Positions 17,687 to 26,857 of a stretch of 64,000 bases of DNA are shown one piece after another (position 1 is the stretch's first letter; each line of letters opens with the position of its first letter). The position numbers were made by a program, and so were the translations under genes. The notes beneath the pieces are model-generated. The model worked only from the letters and a program-made list of their open reading frames with translations, searched no databases and was not told where the DNA came from. This DNA is from an uncultured delta proteobacterium (GTDB taxonomy: Bacteria; Myxococcota; Myxococcia; SLRQ01), in assembly GCA_963727485.1 (NCBI GenBank), contig CAVSGM010000002.1, forward strand, positions 32,001-96,000. Direction: 5' to 3'.

Positions 17687-19891
17687 CTACGTCAGCCGCT
17701 CGAGGAGCACCTGCTGCGCCCGCCGCACCTTCCGCCGCCCGGGCCGCCGGCGGGTCCACTTGCCGTCGGCGCCGAGCACCCAGGCGCTGGCGTTGTCCTC
17801 GAAGTAGACCTCCAGCGACTCCCGGAGGACCCGGCGCTCGAGCTCGGGCTCCTCCACCGGGAACGCCGTCTCCACCCGCCGCTCGAGGTTCCGGCTCATC
17901 CAGTCGGCGCTCGACAGGTAGGTGACCTTCCGGTCGCCGGCCTGGAAGTGGAAGACCCGCGAGTGCTCGAGGAACCGGTCGACCACCGAGCGCACCCGGA
18001 TGGTCTCGCTGACCCCGGGCACCCCCGGCCGCAGGCAGCACACCCCGCGGACCAGCAGGTCGATGCGCGCCCCGGCCTGGCTCGCCCGGTAGAGGGCCCG
18101 CACCACCTCCTGCTCGGACAGGGCGTTCATCCGCGCCAGGATCCGGGCGGGCTTGCCCTCGCGGGCCGCCTGCGCCACCGCGTCGATGTGGGCCAGCAGC
18201 GTCTTGTGGAGCTCGAAGGGCGACTGCACCAGGCGCTCCAGGCGCGTGGCCTTGCCCAGCCCGGTGAGCTGCTGGAAGAGCCGCTGCACGTCCTGGCCGA
18301 ACTCGGGGTGGGCGGTGAGGTAGCCCAGGTCGGTGTAGAGGCGCGCGGTCCCCGAGTGGTAGTTGCCCGTGCCCAGGTGGACGTAGCGCTTGAGGCGCCG
18401 GCCCTCGCGCCGCACCACCAGGAGCATCTTGGCGTGGCACTTGTAACCGACGATGCCGTAGACCACGAGGGCGCCGGCGTCCTGGAGCCGCGTGGCCAGA
18501 TCGATGTTCGCCGCCTCGTCGAAGCGCGCCCGGAGCTCGACCACCACCGTGACCTCCTTGCCGGCCCGGGCGGCGTCGATGAGCGCGTCGACCACCGGCG
18601 AGTCGGCGCCGGTGCGGTAGAGGGTCATCTTGATGGCCACCACCTTGGGGTCGTCGGCGGCCTGGCGGAGGAACGACAGCACCGGGGCGAAGCTCTGGAA
18701 CGGGTGGTGGAGCAGCCGGCTGCCCTCGCGCAGGCGGGCGAAGAGGTCGGTGCCCGGGGCCAGGTCCCTCGGGACCGAGGGCACGAAGGGCCGGTAGAGG
18801 AGGTCCGGACGCCGGGCCAGCTCGGTGAGGGCCGAGAGGCGGTGGAGGTTCACCGGGCCGTCGACCCGGTAGAGGTCGTCGGGGTCGAGGTGGAAGCGAT
18901 CCTGGAGGAGGCGGACCACGTCCTCGGGGCAGTCGCGGCTGACCTCCAGGCGCACCGCGTGGCCGTAGTTGCGCCGGGGCAGCTCGCCGGCCAGGGCGTG
19001 GAGCAGGTCGTCGACCTCCTCCTCGTCGACCCAGAGGTCGCTGTTGCGGGTGACCCGGAAGGCGTGGCAGCCGGTGACCCGCATCCCCGGGAAGAGCCGG
19101 TGGACGTGGTGGCGGATCACCGAGGAGAGCAGCAGGAAGTCGTGGGGCCGGCCCGAGACCCGCGGCGGCACCTGGATGAGCCGGGGCAGGGCCCGGGGCG
19201 CCTGGACCACCGCCATCCGGCTCTGGCGCCCGAAGGCGTCACGGCCCTCGAGGGTCACCAGGAAGTTGAGGCTCTTGTTGAGGATGCGCGGGAAGGGGTG
19301 GGCCGGGTCGAGGCCCATGGGGGTGAGCACCGGGAGGAGCTGGCCGGCGAAGTAGCGCTTCACCCACCGGGTCACCGCCACCGAGGCGTCGGGGAGCTGG
19401 ACCAGGTTCACCCCCTCGGCGGCGAGGGCCGGGAGGAGCGCGTCGTTGAGGAGGCGGTACTGGTCGTCGACCAGGGCGTGGGCGGCCTCGGAGACCTTCC
19501 CCAGGACCTCCTCGGCGGTCATCCCGTGGGGCGCGTGGTGGGGCAGGCCCAGGGCCACCTGCTCCTTGAGGCCCGAGACCCGGATCTCGAAGAACTCGTC
19601 GAGGTTCGAGCTGCTGATGGCCAGGAAGCGCAGGCGCTCGAGGAGCGGCGTCGCCGGGTCGGCGGCCTGCGCCAGGACCCGGTGGTTGAAGGCGAGGAGC
19701 GAGAGCTCCCGGTCGAGGAAGAGGCTCGGGTCGTCCACCGGGCGGGTGAGCGCCCGGGGGGCCGGGGGGCGCCGGGTGCGCCCCGGCGACCGGGTCCCGC
19801 GCCGAGGGGCACTGGACGCGGCGCCGGTGTCGTCGGGCCCCTCGGCCTCCTCGGCCCGGGCGGCGGCGCTGCTTCTCGGTGGGGGCGTCAC
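17687..19891 (-). CDS. ppk1: Polyphosphate kinase 1
   Basis: RELSLLAFNHRVL, SSNLDEFFEIRV, HPFP, LHHPF, KMTLYRT, ELRARFDE, HAK, HLGTGNY, RFLEHSR, SADWM.RN; start codon uncertain (GTG 19891). Confidence 0.95.
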   Translation of the reverse strand: MTPPPRSSAAARAEEAEGPDDTGAASSAPRRGTRSPGRTRRPPAPRALTRPVDDPSLFLDRELSLLAFNHRVLAQAADPATPLLERLRFLAISSSNLDEFFEIRVSGLKEQVALGLPHHAPHGMTAEEVLGKVSEAAHALVDDQYRLLNDALLPALAAEGVNLVQLPDASVAVTRWVKRYFAGQLLPVLTPMGLDPAHPFPRILNKSLNFLVTLEGRDAFGRQSRMAVVQAPRALPRLIQVPPRVSGRPHDFLLLSSVIRHHVHRLFPGMRVTGCHAFRVTRNSDLWVDEEEVDDLLHALAGELPRRNYGHAVRLEVSRDCPEDVVRLLQDRFHLDPDDLYRVDGPVNLHRLSALTELARRPDLLYRPFVPSVPRDLAPGTDLFARLREGSRLLHHPFQSFAPVLSFLRQAADDPKVVAIKMTLYRTGADSPVVDALIDAARAGKEVTVVVELRARFDEAANIDLATRLQDAGALVVYGIVGYKCHAKMLLVVRREGRRLKRYVHLGTGNYHSGTARLYTDLGYLTAHPEFGQDVQRLFQQLTGLGKATRLERLVQSPFELHKTLLAHIDAVAQAAREGKPARILARMNALSEQEVVRALYRASQAGARIDLLVRGVCCLRPGVPGVSETIRVRSVVDRFLEHSRVFHFQAGDRKVTYLSSADWMSRNLERRVETAFPVEEPELERRVLRESLEVYFEDNASAWVLGADGKWTRRRPGRRKVRRAQQVLLERLT

Positions 19892-19926
19892 GGGTGCGGG
19901 CCTCGGTTCTCCCGCCCGCCAGCGGC

Positions 19927-20460
19927 TCACATCGGGACCAGGAGCCGGGCCGCGAGGCCCACCACGAGGCCGATGAGCGCCCCGCAGGCGACATCGAGCG
20001 GGTAGTGGGCTCCAAGATACACTCGGCTGACGGCGATGCCACCCGCCAGCGGAAACGCCACCGCCCCGAGGCCCAGGCCCTGCCCCGAGAGGGCCACGGC
20101 CACCGCCACCGCCGCGGCGGTGTGCCCCGAGGGGAAGGAGAAGGCGTCGGGGTTCTCGGCCAGCGCCGTGACCCCGGGGAGGGTGCTCGGCCGGGGCCGG
20201 CGCCAGGCGCGCTTGAGGATCTGGCTCACCGCGGTGGCGAGGAGCGCACCGGCGCCCAGGCGCAGGGCCAGGCTCGGGCCGTTCGGCCCCGAGGCCCCGA
20301 GGAGCAGGCCCGCGAAGGTCCAGCTCGCCCCGTCGCCGAAGTGGGTCAGGGCCTTCATCAGCCGGGTCAGCACCGGGCCCTCGAGGCGGCGCACCTGTCG
20401 CAGCAGGGCCTCGTCGAGGCCGAGCAGGCTGGTGAGGAGGAGCTGGCCGGCAGATCTCAT
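19927..20460 (-). CDS. PAP2-family membrane phosphatase
   Basis: K..WRRPRP, SFPSGH, SRVYLGAHYPLDV. Confidence 0.9.
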   Translation of the reverse strand: MRSAGQLLLTSLLGLDEALLRQVRRLEGPVLTRLMKALTHFGDGASWTFAGLLLGASGPNGPSLALRLGAGALLATAVSQILKRAWRRPRPSTLPGVTALAENPDAFSFPSGHTAAAVAVAVALSGQGLGLGAVAFPLAGGIAVSRVYLGAHYPLDVACGALIGLVVGLAARLLVPM

Positions 20461-20466
20461 GAGACC

Positions 20467-20500
20467 AGCATGGGCCGCCTCTGTGACGGGCCGGTGACGC
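20467..20500 (-). promoter_or_regulatory. Pho box + -10 for the PAP2-ppk1 unit (probably leaderless)
   Basis: GCGTCAC-cggc-CCGTCAC (11-bp period), 10 nt, CATGCT, 6 nt, ATG. Confidence 0.68.
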
Positions 20501-20578
20501 CCGGGCGCCGATGCGGCCACGGTGCCCCGGGGTGCCGGCCCCGTCGACGCCGGCCCCACCGATGCCTAGGCTCACGCC

Positions 20579-21289
20579 ATGACCGACGTCGTCGCCGGCC
20601 CCTGGGTGGAGGCCTTGGGGCAGGCCGTGGACGCCGCGCCCACGGCGATCGATCCCGAGGGGGTGCACCACCTCCGGGTCGCCGCCCGGCGCCTGCGCGT
20701 GTTCCTGGAGCTCGGGGGCCGGCGGATCCTCGACGACGACCTCCGGTGGCTCCGGGACGAGGCGGGGGCGGTGCGCGACATCGACGTCCTGGTCGCCGCC
20801 GGGCCCCCGCCGGCGCTCGCCAGCTGGGTTTCGGGCCACCGCCCCGCCGCCGTCGCCCGCCTCGCCGAGGCCCTCCGCGCCCCCCGCGCCCGGGGCCTCG
20901 GGGTGGCCCTGCGCCACCTGGCGCCGGTCCCGGCGAAGGCCGCCCGACGGGCCACCGCCGTCGCCGCCCGGAGGGTCCTCCGCCGGGGCGCCGCCCTCGA
21001 GGCCGACGACGCCCCCCTCGACACCCTCCACGCCCTGCGCCGGGCCGTCCGCCGCCTCCGCTACGCCCTGGAGCTCACCTCCGCCGACGCCGTGTCCGTC
21101 CACGCCCTCCAGGACGCCCTGGGCTGGCTCGGGGACCTGCGGGTGGCCCTGCGAACCCTCTCCGAGTGGCCCGGCGAGGCCCCGGCGTGGGAGGCGGAGC
21201 TCCTCGGTGGCATCGAGACCGGGCGCGCCGAGGCCCACGCGGTGTGGACCGACGTGCGCCCCTACGTGGAGGAGGTCGCCCACCCATGA
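20579..21289 (+). CDS. CHAD-domain (polyphosphate-binding) protein
   Basis: VHHLRVAARRLR, G.VRD.DV, LHALRRAVRRLRYALE, LQDALG..GD. Confidence 0.88.
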   Translation: MTDVVAGPWVEALGQAVDAAPTAIDPEGVHHLRVAARRLRVFLELGGRRILDDDLRWLRDEAGAVRDIDVLVAAGPPPALASWVSGHRPAAVARLAEALRAPRARGLGVALRHLAPVPAKAARRATAVAARRVLRRGAALEADDAPLDTLHALRRAVRRLRYALELTSADAVSVHALQDALGWLGDLRVALRTLSEWPGEAPAWEAELLGGIETGRAEAHAVWTDVRPYVEEVAHP

Positions 21290-21783
21290 CCGTCTACCTC
21301 ATCCGACATGGCATCGCCGAGCCCCGGGGCCCGGACCTCCCGGACCCCGACCGGGCCCTCACGCCAAAAGGCACCCGCCGGGTACGCCAGGTGGCACGGG
21401 GCCTCCGCCGCCAGGGCGTGGTCCTGGACCGCCTCTACCACAGCCCCTGGCGCCGGGCGGTGGAGACCGCCGAGCTGCTGGCGCCCCTGGTCGCCGGGGA
21501 GACGGTGGTCAGCCCCTGGCTCGCCGAGCCCCCGTCCCCGGCGCTCCTCGAGCACCTCGAGGGCGAGGAGGTGGCGCTGGTGGGCCACGAGCCCTGGCTC
21601 TCGGCGCTCCTCGCCTGGCTGGTCCACGGCGGGGACGTCCCGCCGGCGGAGGGCCCCTACGACCTCAGGAAGGGTGGGGTGGCGATCCTCCAGGGGACGC
21701 CGGCTCCGGGGCAGATGGTCCTGACGGCCCTGCTCCCGCCCCGCCTGCTCCGGCGCCGGGGCGGCCGCGGATTGGGAGGCTGA
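21286..21783 (+). CDS. sixA: Phosphohistidine phosphatase SixA
   Basis: LIRHGIA, D..R.LT.KG, SP..RA.ETA, LVGHEP; ATGA overlap with CHAD stop. Confidence 0.88.
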   Translation: MTVYLIRHGIAEPRGPDLPDPDRALTPKGTRRVRQVARGLRRQGVVLDRLYHSPWRRAVETAELLAPLVAGETVVSPWLAEPPSPALLEHLEGEEVALVGHEPWLSALLAWLVHGGDVPPAEGPYDLRKGGVAILQGTPAPGQMVLTALLPPRLLRRRGGRGLGG

Positions 21784-23170
21784 CGGTGAACACCGAGCCC
21801 CCCTCGGCGGGGCAGGTGAGCTCCACCCGGCCGTTCATCAGCCGCACCAGGTTGCGGACGATGGACAGGCCGAGGCCGGTGCCACCCATGGCCCGGGCGC
21901 GCCCCGGGTCCACCCGGTAGAAGCGCTCGAAGATCCGGTCCCGGAGGTTCACCGGGATCCCCGGCCCGGCGTCGGCGACGGTGATCACCAGGCGCCCGGG
22001 CTCGGTCCCGGCGCGGACGCGCACCGTGCCGCCCGCGGGGCCGTACTTCACCGCGTTGTCCAGGAGGTTCACCAGCACCTGGCCCAGCGCCCGGGCGTCG
22101 CAGCGCACCGGCGGGAGGTCCTCGGCCGCCGAGACCTCCACCCGCACCCCGCGGCGCCGGGCCTTCTCGGCGACCCCGGCCCGGGCCCGGTCGAGGATCT
22201 CGTCGACGCGGATCTCCGCGGCCTGGAGCTGGTAGGCCCCGGCGTCGAGGGCGGCGAGGTCGAGGAGGTCGGCGACCAGGTCGGTCATCCGGTGGGCGTG
22301 CTCGAGGATGGTGCGGACGAAGTCGGTCGCCGCCTCGGGATCGTCGGCGAGGGCCCCGTCGAGGAGGGTCTCGGCGTAGCCCCGGATGGCGGCGATGGGG
22401 GTCTTGAGCTCGTGGCTGACGTTGGCCACGAAGTCCTGGCGCACCGCCTGGAGGCGCCGGCGCTCGGTGACGTCCCGGAGCACCACCACCGCCGAGGTCA
22501 CCGCCCGGTTGGCGGCCCGCACCGGCGCCGCGGTGATGACCACCGTCCGTGGGGGCCTGGTGGTGAGGGTGGACTCGCTGAAGAGCACCGGCTCCCCGGC
22601 CAGGGCCCGGCGGGCGGCGAGGTCGAGGGCGTCGGAGCGGACCACCGAGAGGAGGGTGCGCCCCACCGGCGAGGGGTCGCCGGCGAAGCCCACGATGCCC
22701 AGGAAGGCGGCGTTCACCAGGGCCACGCGGCCCTCGGGGTCCACCGCGGCGACGCCCTCGGTCATGGACTCGAGGACGGCGTCGAGGCGGTCCCGCTCGG
22801 CCTGGACCCGGTGGATGCGCCGCTCCAGGCGCCCGGCGAGGTCGTCCACCGCCAGGCTCATCTCGCCGATCTCGTCGGGGTGGAGGTCCCGGGTGGGGCT
22901 CCTCGGGGCCTCGTCCCGGAGGCCCTCGATGGCCGCGGTCATCCGGCGCAGGCGCCGGGCGACCACCGCACCGGTGACGGCCGCGGCGAGGCCGGCGACG
23001 GCGAGGCCGATGCCCAGGCCCACCAGGAGGCCGCGGGCGGCGGGGGGCTCGAGGGGCAGGAGGCCGGCGGCGGCGGCGAGGCCCGCGAGGAGGAGGACGG
23101 CGGCCACCGGGAGGGCCACCGCCAGGGCCGCCGTGGTGGCCAGGCGGGTGTGCATGGGCCTCGGGCTCAC
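21665..23170 (-). CDS. phoR: PhoR-type sensor histidine kinase (TM-HAMP-PAS-HisKA-HATPase)
   Basis: DFVANVSHELKTP, GYAETL, NLLDNAVKY, IFERFYRVD, GGTGLGLSIV; GTG coupled to phoB stop. Confidence 0.9.
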   Translation of the reverse strand: MSPRPMHTRLATTAALAVALPVAAVLLLAGLAAAAGLLPLEPPAARGLLVGLGIGLAVAGLAAAVTGAVVARRLRRMTAAIEGLRDEAPRSPTRDLHPDEIGEMSLAVDDLAGRLERRIHRVQAERDRLDAVLESMTEGVAAVDPEGRVALVNAAFLGIVGFAGDPSPVGRTLLSVVRSDALDLAARRALAGEPVLFSESTLTTRPPRTVVITAAPVRAANRAVTSAVVVLRDVTERRRLQAVRQDFVANVSHELKTPIAAIRGYAETLLDGALADDPEAATDFVRTILEHAHRMTDLVADLLDLAALDAGAYQLQAAEIRVDEILDRARAGVAEKARRRGVRVEVSAAEDLPPVRCDARALGQVLVNLLDNAVKYGPAGGTVRVRAGTEPGRLVITVADAGPGIPVNLRDRIFERFYRVDPGRARAMGGTGLGLSIVRNLVRLMNGRVELTCPAEGGSVFTVSLPIRGRPGAGAGGAGAGPSGPSAPEPASPGGSPPHPS

Positions 23171-23859
23171 CCCGCCGAGGCCTCGGCGAAGCGGTAGCCG
23201 ACCCCGCGGACCGTCTCCACCAGGTCGGCGGCGGCCCCGAGCTTCTCCCGGAGGCGCTTGATGTGGGTGTCCACGGTGCGGGTGGTCACGAAGCTGGAGT
23301 AGCCCCACACCCGGTCGAGGAGGGACTCGCGGCTCTGCACCCGGCCCCGGCGCTCCATGAGGTCGACCAAGAGCTTGAACTCCAGGGCGGTGAGGACCAC
23401 CTCCTCGCCCTCGACGGTGACCTTGTGGCGGTCGATGTCGACCTCGAGGGGGCCGTGGGCGAGGACCGCCGCGGCCGCGCCGCCCTTGCCGGTGCGCCGG
23501 AGGACCGCCTGCACCCGGAGGGTGAGCTCCTTGGGGGAGAAGGGCTTGGAGACGTAGTCGTCGGCCCCGGACTCGAAGCCGGTGACCCGGTCGGCCTCCT
23601 CGCCCCGGGCGGTGAGGAGGATCACCGGGGTGGCGGCGAGCTCCGGATCGGCGCGGACCTGGCGGACCACCTCGAGGCCGGAGACGTCGGGGAGCATCAC
23701 GTCGAGGACCACCAGGTCGGGGCGGTCCTCGCGGATGCGCCGGAGGGCCGAGGCGCCGTCGTAGGCGGTGACCGGATCGAAGCCGGCCTTGCGGAGGTTG
23801 TAGGCGACGAGGCGGGCGAGATCGCGCTCGTCGTCGCACACGAGGATCTTCGAGGGCAT
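23167..23859 (-). CDS. phoB: PhoB/OmpR-family response regulator
   Basis: LDVMLP, LTARGEE.DRV.G...GADDY..KPFS, RTVDTHIKRLREKL, TVRGVGY; pho context. Confidence 0.9.
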   Translation of the reverse strand: MPSKILVCDDERDLARLVAYNLRKAGFDPVTAYDGASALRRIREDRPDLVVLDVMLPDVSGLEVVRQVRADPELAATPVILLTARGEEADRVTGFESGADDYVSKPFSPKELTLRVQAVLRRTGKGGAAAAVLAHGPLEVDIDRHKVTVEGEEVVLTALEFKLLVDLMERRGRVQSRESLLDRVWGYSSFVTTRTVDTHIKRLREKLGAAADLVETVRGVGYRFAEASAG

Positions 23860-23904
23860 GGGGCTGCCACTACTCTAACCCGCCCGCGGCAGGGGCAAGG
23901 CCCC

Positions 23905-23927
23905 CGTGTGACAGGTGGGTGAACAGG
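23905..23927 (-). promoter_or_regulatory. Probable autoregulatory Pho box upstream of phoB
   Basis: CCTGTTCAC-ccac-CTGTCAC, repeats at 11-bp period. Confidence 0.55.
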
Positions 23928-23989
23928 CGGGGCCGGCGGGGCCCCGGGCCCGGTCGCGGGCGGGCCCGGAAAAAAGTGGCAGGCGCCGG

Positions 23990-24018
23990 TTGCGTGACTC
24001 CATTCAATATCGTATCTT
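23990..24018 (+). promoter_or_regulatory. sigma70-type promoter of the MerR-like gene
   Basis: TTGCGT-N17-TATCTT in an AT-rich patch. Confidence 0.65.
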
Positions 24019-24074
24019 GCGTGTAGGCCATTGAGAGGAAGACACTGAAGGTCCTCCATTCACTGGAATCATAA

Positions 24075-24599
24075 ATGCCCAAGCACCTCCTCAACGCCGA
24101 CGACCTCGAGCGCATCGAGACCGAGAACCCCGAGGGCCTGTCGTCGAAGGAGGTCATCGACCTCTTCCAGGGCCGGGGGGTGAAGCTCTCGGAGGCCACC
24201 TTCCGCAAGTACGTGCAGCTCGGGCTCCTCCCCGGCTGCACCCGGCGGGTGGGCAGCAAGGGCAAGCACAAGGGCTCCCGGGGCGTCTACCCGGTGAACG
24301 TGGTGCGCCGGGTGAACCTCATCAAGAAGATGATGGACGAGGGCATGACCCTCGAGGACATCCGGCACTCCTTCGTGGCCTTTCGCAACGACATCGACGC
24401 CCTCCAGGACGCCCTCGAGGCGCTCTTCCGCGACTTCCAGCAGCACCTGGAGCAGCGGGCCCTGGAGCCGGTGGATCGCAAGCATCTCTCCCGGCAGTTC
24501 CGGGAGTCACGGCAGCACGCCTCCACCCTGGTCCGGCGCCTCGAGCGGCTGGGCTCGGCGATCGCGGCGCGGCCGAGGCCGGGGCTCGAAGGCGGATGA
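24075..24599 (+). CDS. MerR-like winged-HTH transcription regulator (myxobacterial type)
   Basis: [16 protein letters not shown]...G.Y....RR...IK.M...G.TLEDIR. Confidence 0.8.
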   Translation: MPKHLLNADDLERIETENPEGLSSKEVIDLFQGRGVKLSEATFRKYVQLGLLPGCTRRVGSKGKHKGSRGVYPVNVVRRVNLIKKMMDEGMTLEDIRHSFVAFRNDIDALQDALEALFRDFQQHLEQRALEPVDRKHLSRQFRESRQHASTLVRRLERLGSAIAARPRPGLEGG

Positions 24600-24693
24600 C
24601 GGCACACGGGCAGAACTCATCGGCGCACCGGGACGGGCGGGGCCCGGGCGACCACAGCGGAACCTCCCCCGCGACGAACGAAGGAGCGGCACC

Positions 24694-25200
24694 ATGAACG
24701 GGACCGACGACGCCAAGGAGATCCTTCCCCAAGGCGCACTGCACGCGGCCGGCGACGAGGGCGACGCCGGCGGCGGAGGCGACGCGGGTGGGCGCCGCCG
24801 CAGCCGGACCATGTCCCGCAAGGAGATGGCGCGGCAGATGCGGCGGGAGCGCGCCCGGGGGGGCGACCCCGAGCTCGACGCCCTGATGGGCGAGGCGGAG
24901 AAGCTGCGCCCGCACACCCGGGCGGAGTGCATCAACGCCGAGCGGCCCTGCACCTGGGTCGCCTGCAAGTACAACCTCTACCTCGACGTGAACCCCCAGA
25001 CCGGGAGCATCAAGCTCAACTTCCCCGATCTCGAGCTCTGGGAGCTGGAGCACACCTGCGCCCTGGACGTGGCCGAGAAGGGCGGGATCACCCTCGAGGA
25101 GGTCGGGGAGATCATGAACCTGACCCGGGAGCGGATCCGCCAGGTGGAGATGCGGGGCCTGGAGAAGATCCGGGAGGCCTGCGACCCCGAGGACGTGTAG
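24694..25200 (+). CDS. asgB: AsgB-like DNA-binding protein with sigma70 region-4 HTH
   Basis: [20 protein letters not shown] region-4 HTH, RP.TRAEC...[23 protein letters not shown]; upstream of purH as recalled for Myxococcus. Confidence 0.82.
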   Translation: MNGTDDAKEILPQGALHAAGDEGDAGGGGDAGGRRRSRTMSRKEMARQMRRERARGGDPELDALMGEAEKLRPHTRAECINAERPCTWVACKYNLYLDVNPQTGSIKLNFPDLELWELEHTCALDVAEKGGITLEEVGEIMNLTRERIRQVEMRGLEKIREACDPEDV

Positions 25201-25264
25201 GCCCCCACGGACCCCGCGTCCGACCCATTGACCGGCGGGGGGCGAAGCCGCTAATCCCCCCGCC

Positions 25265-26828
<1,564 letters not shown>

Positions 26829-26857
26829 CCCGGGACTTGGGCTACCATGGGGCCCGG

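Noticed and set aside
17687..21283. 1198-aa giant Ppk1 fusion suggested by the ORF track
   Set aside because: The upstream extension is a shadow frame over the PAP2 and CHAD genes; Ppk1 homology begins near 19730.
23976..23995. TGGCAG...TTGC resembling a sigma54 promoter before the MerR-like gene
   Set aside because: GG-to-GC spacing is 12, not 10; a sigma70 -35/-10 pair fits better.
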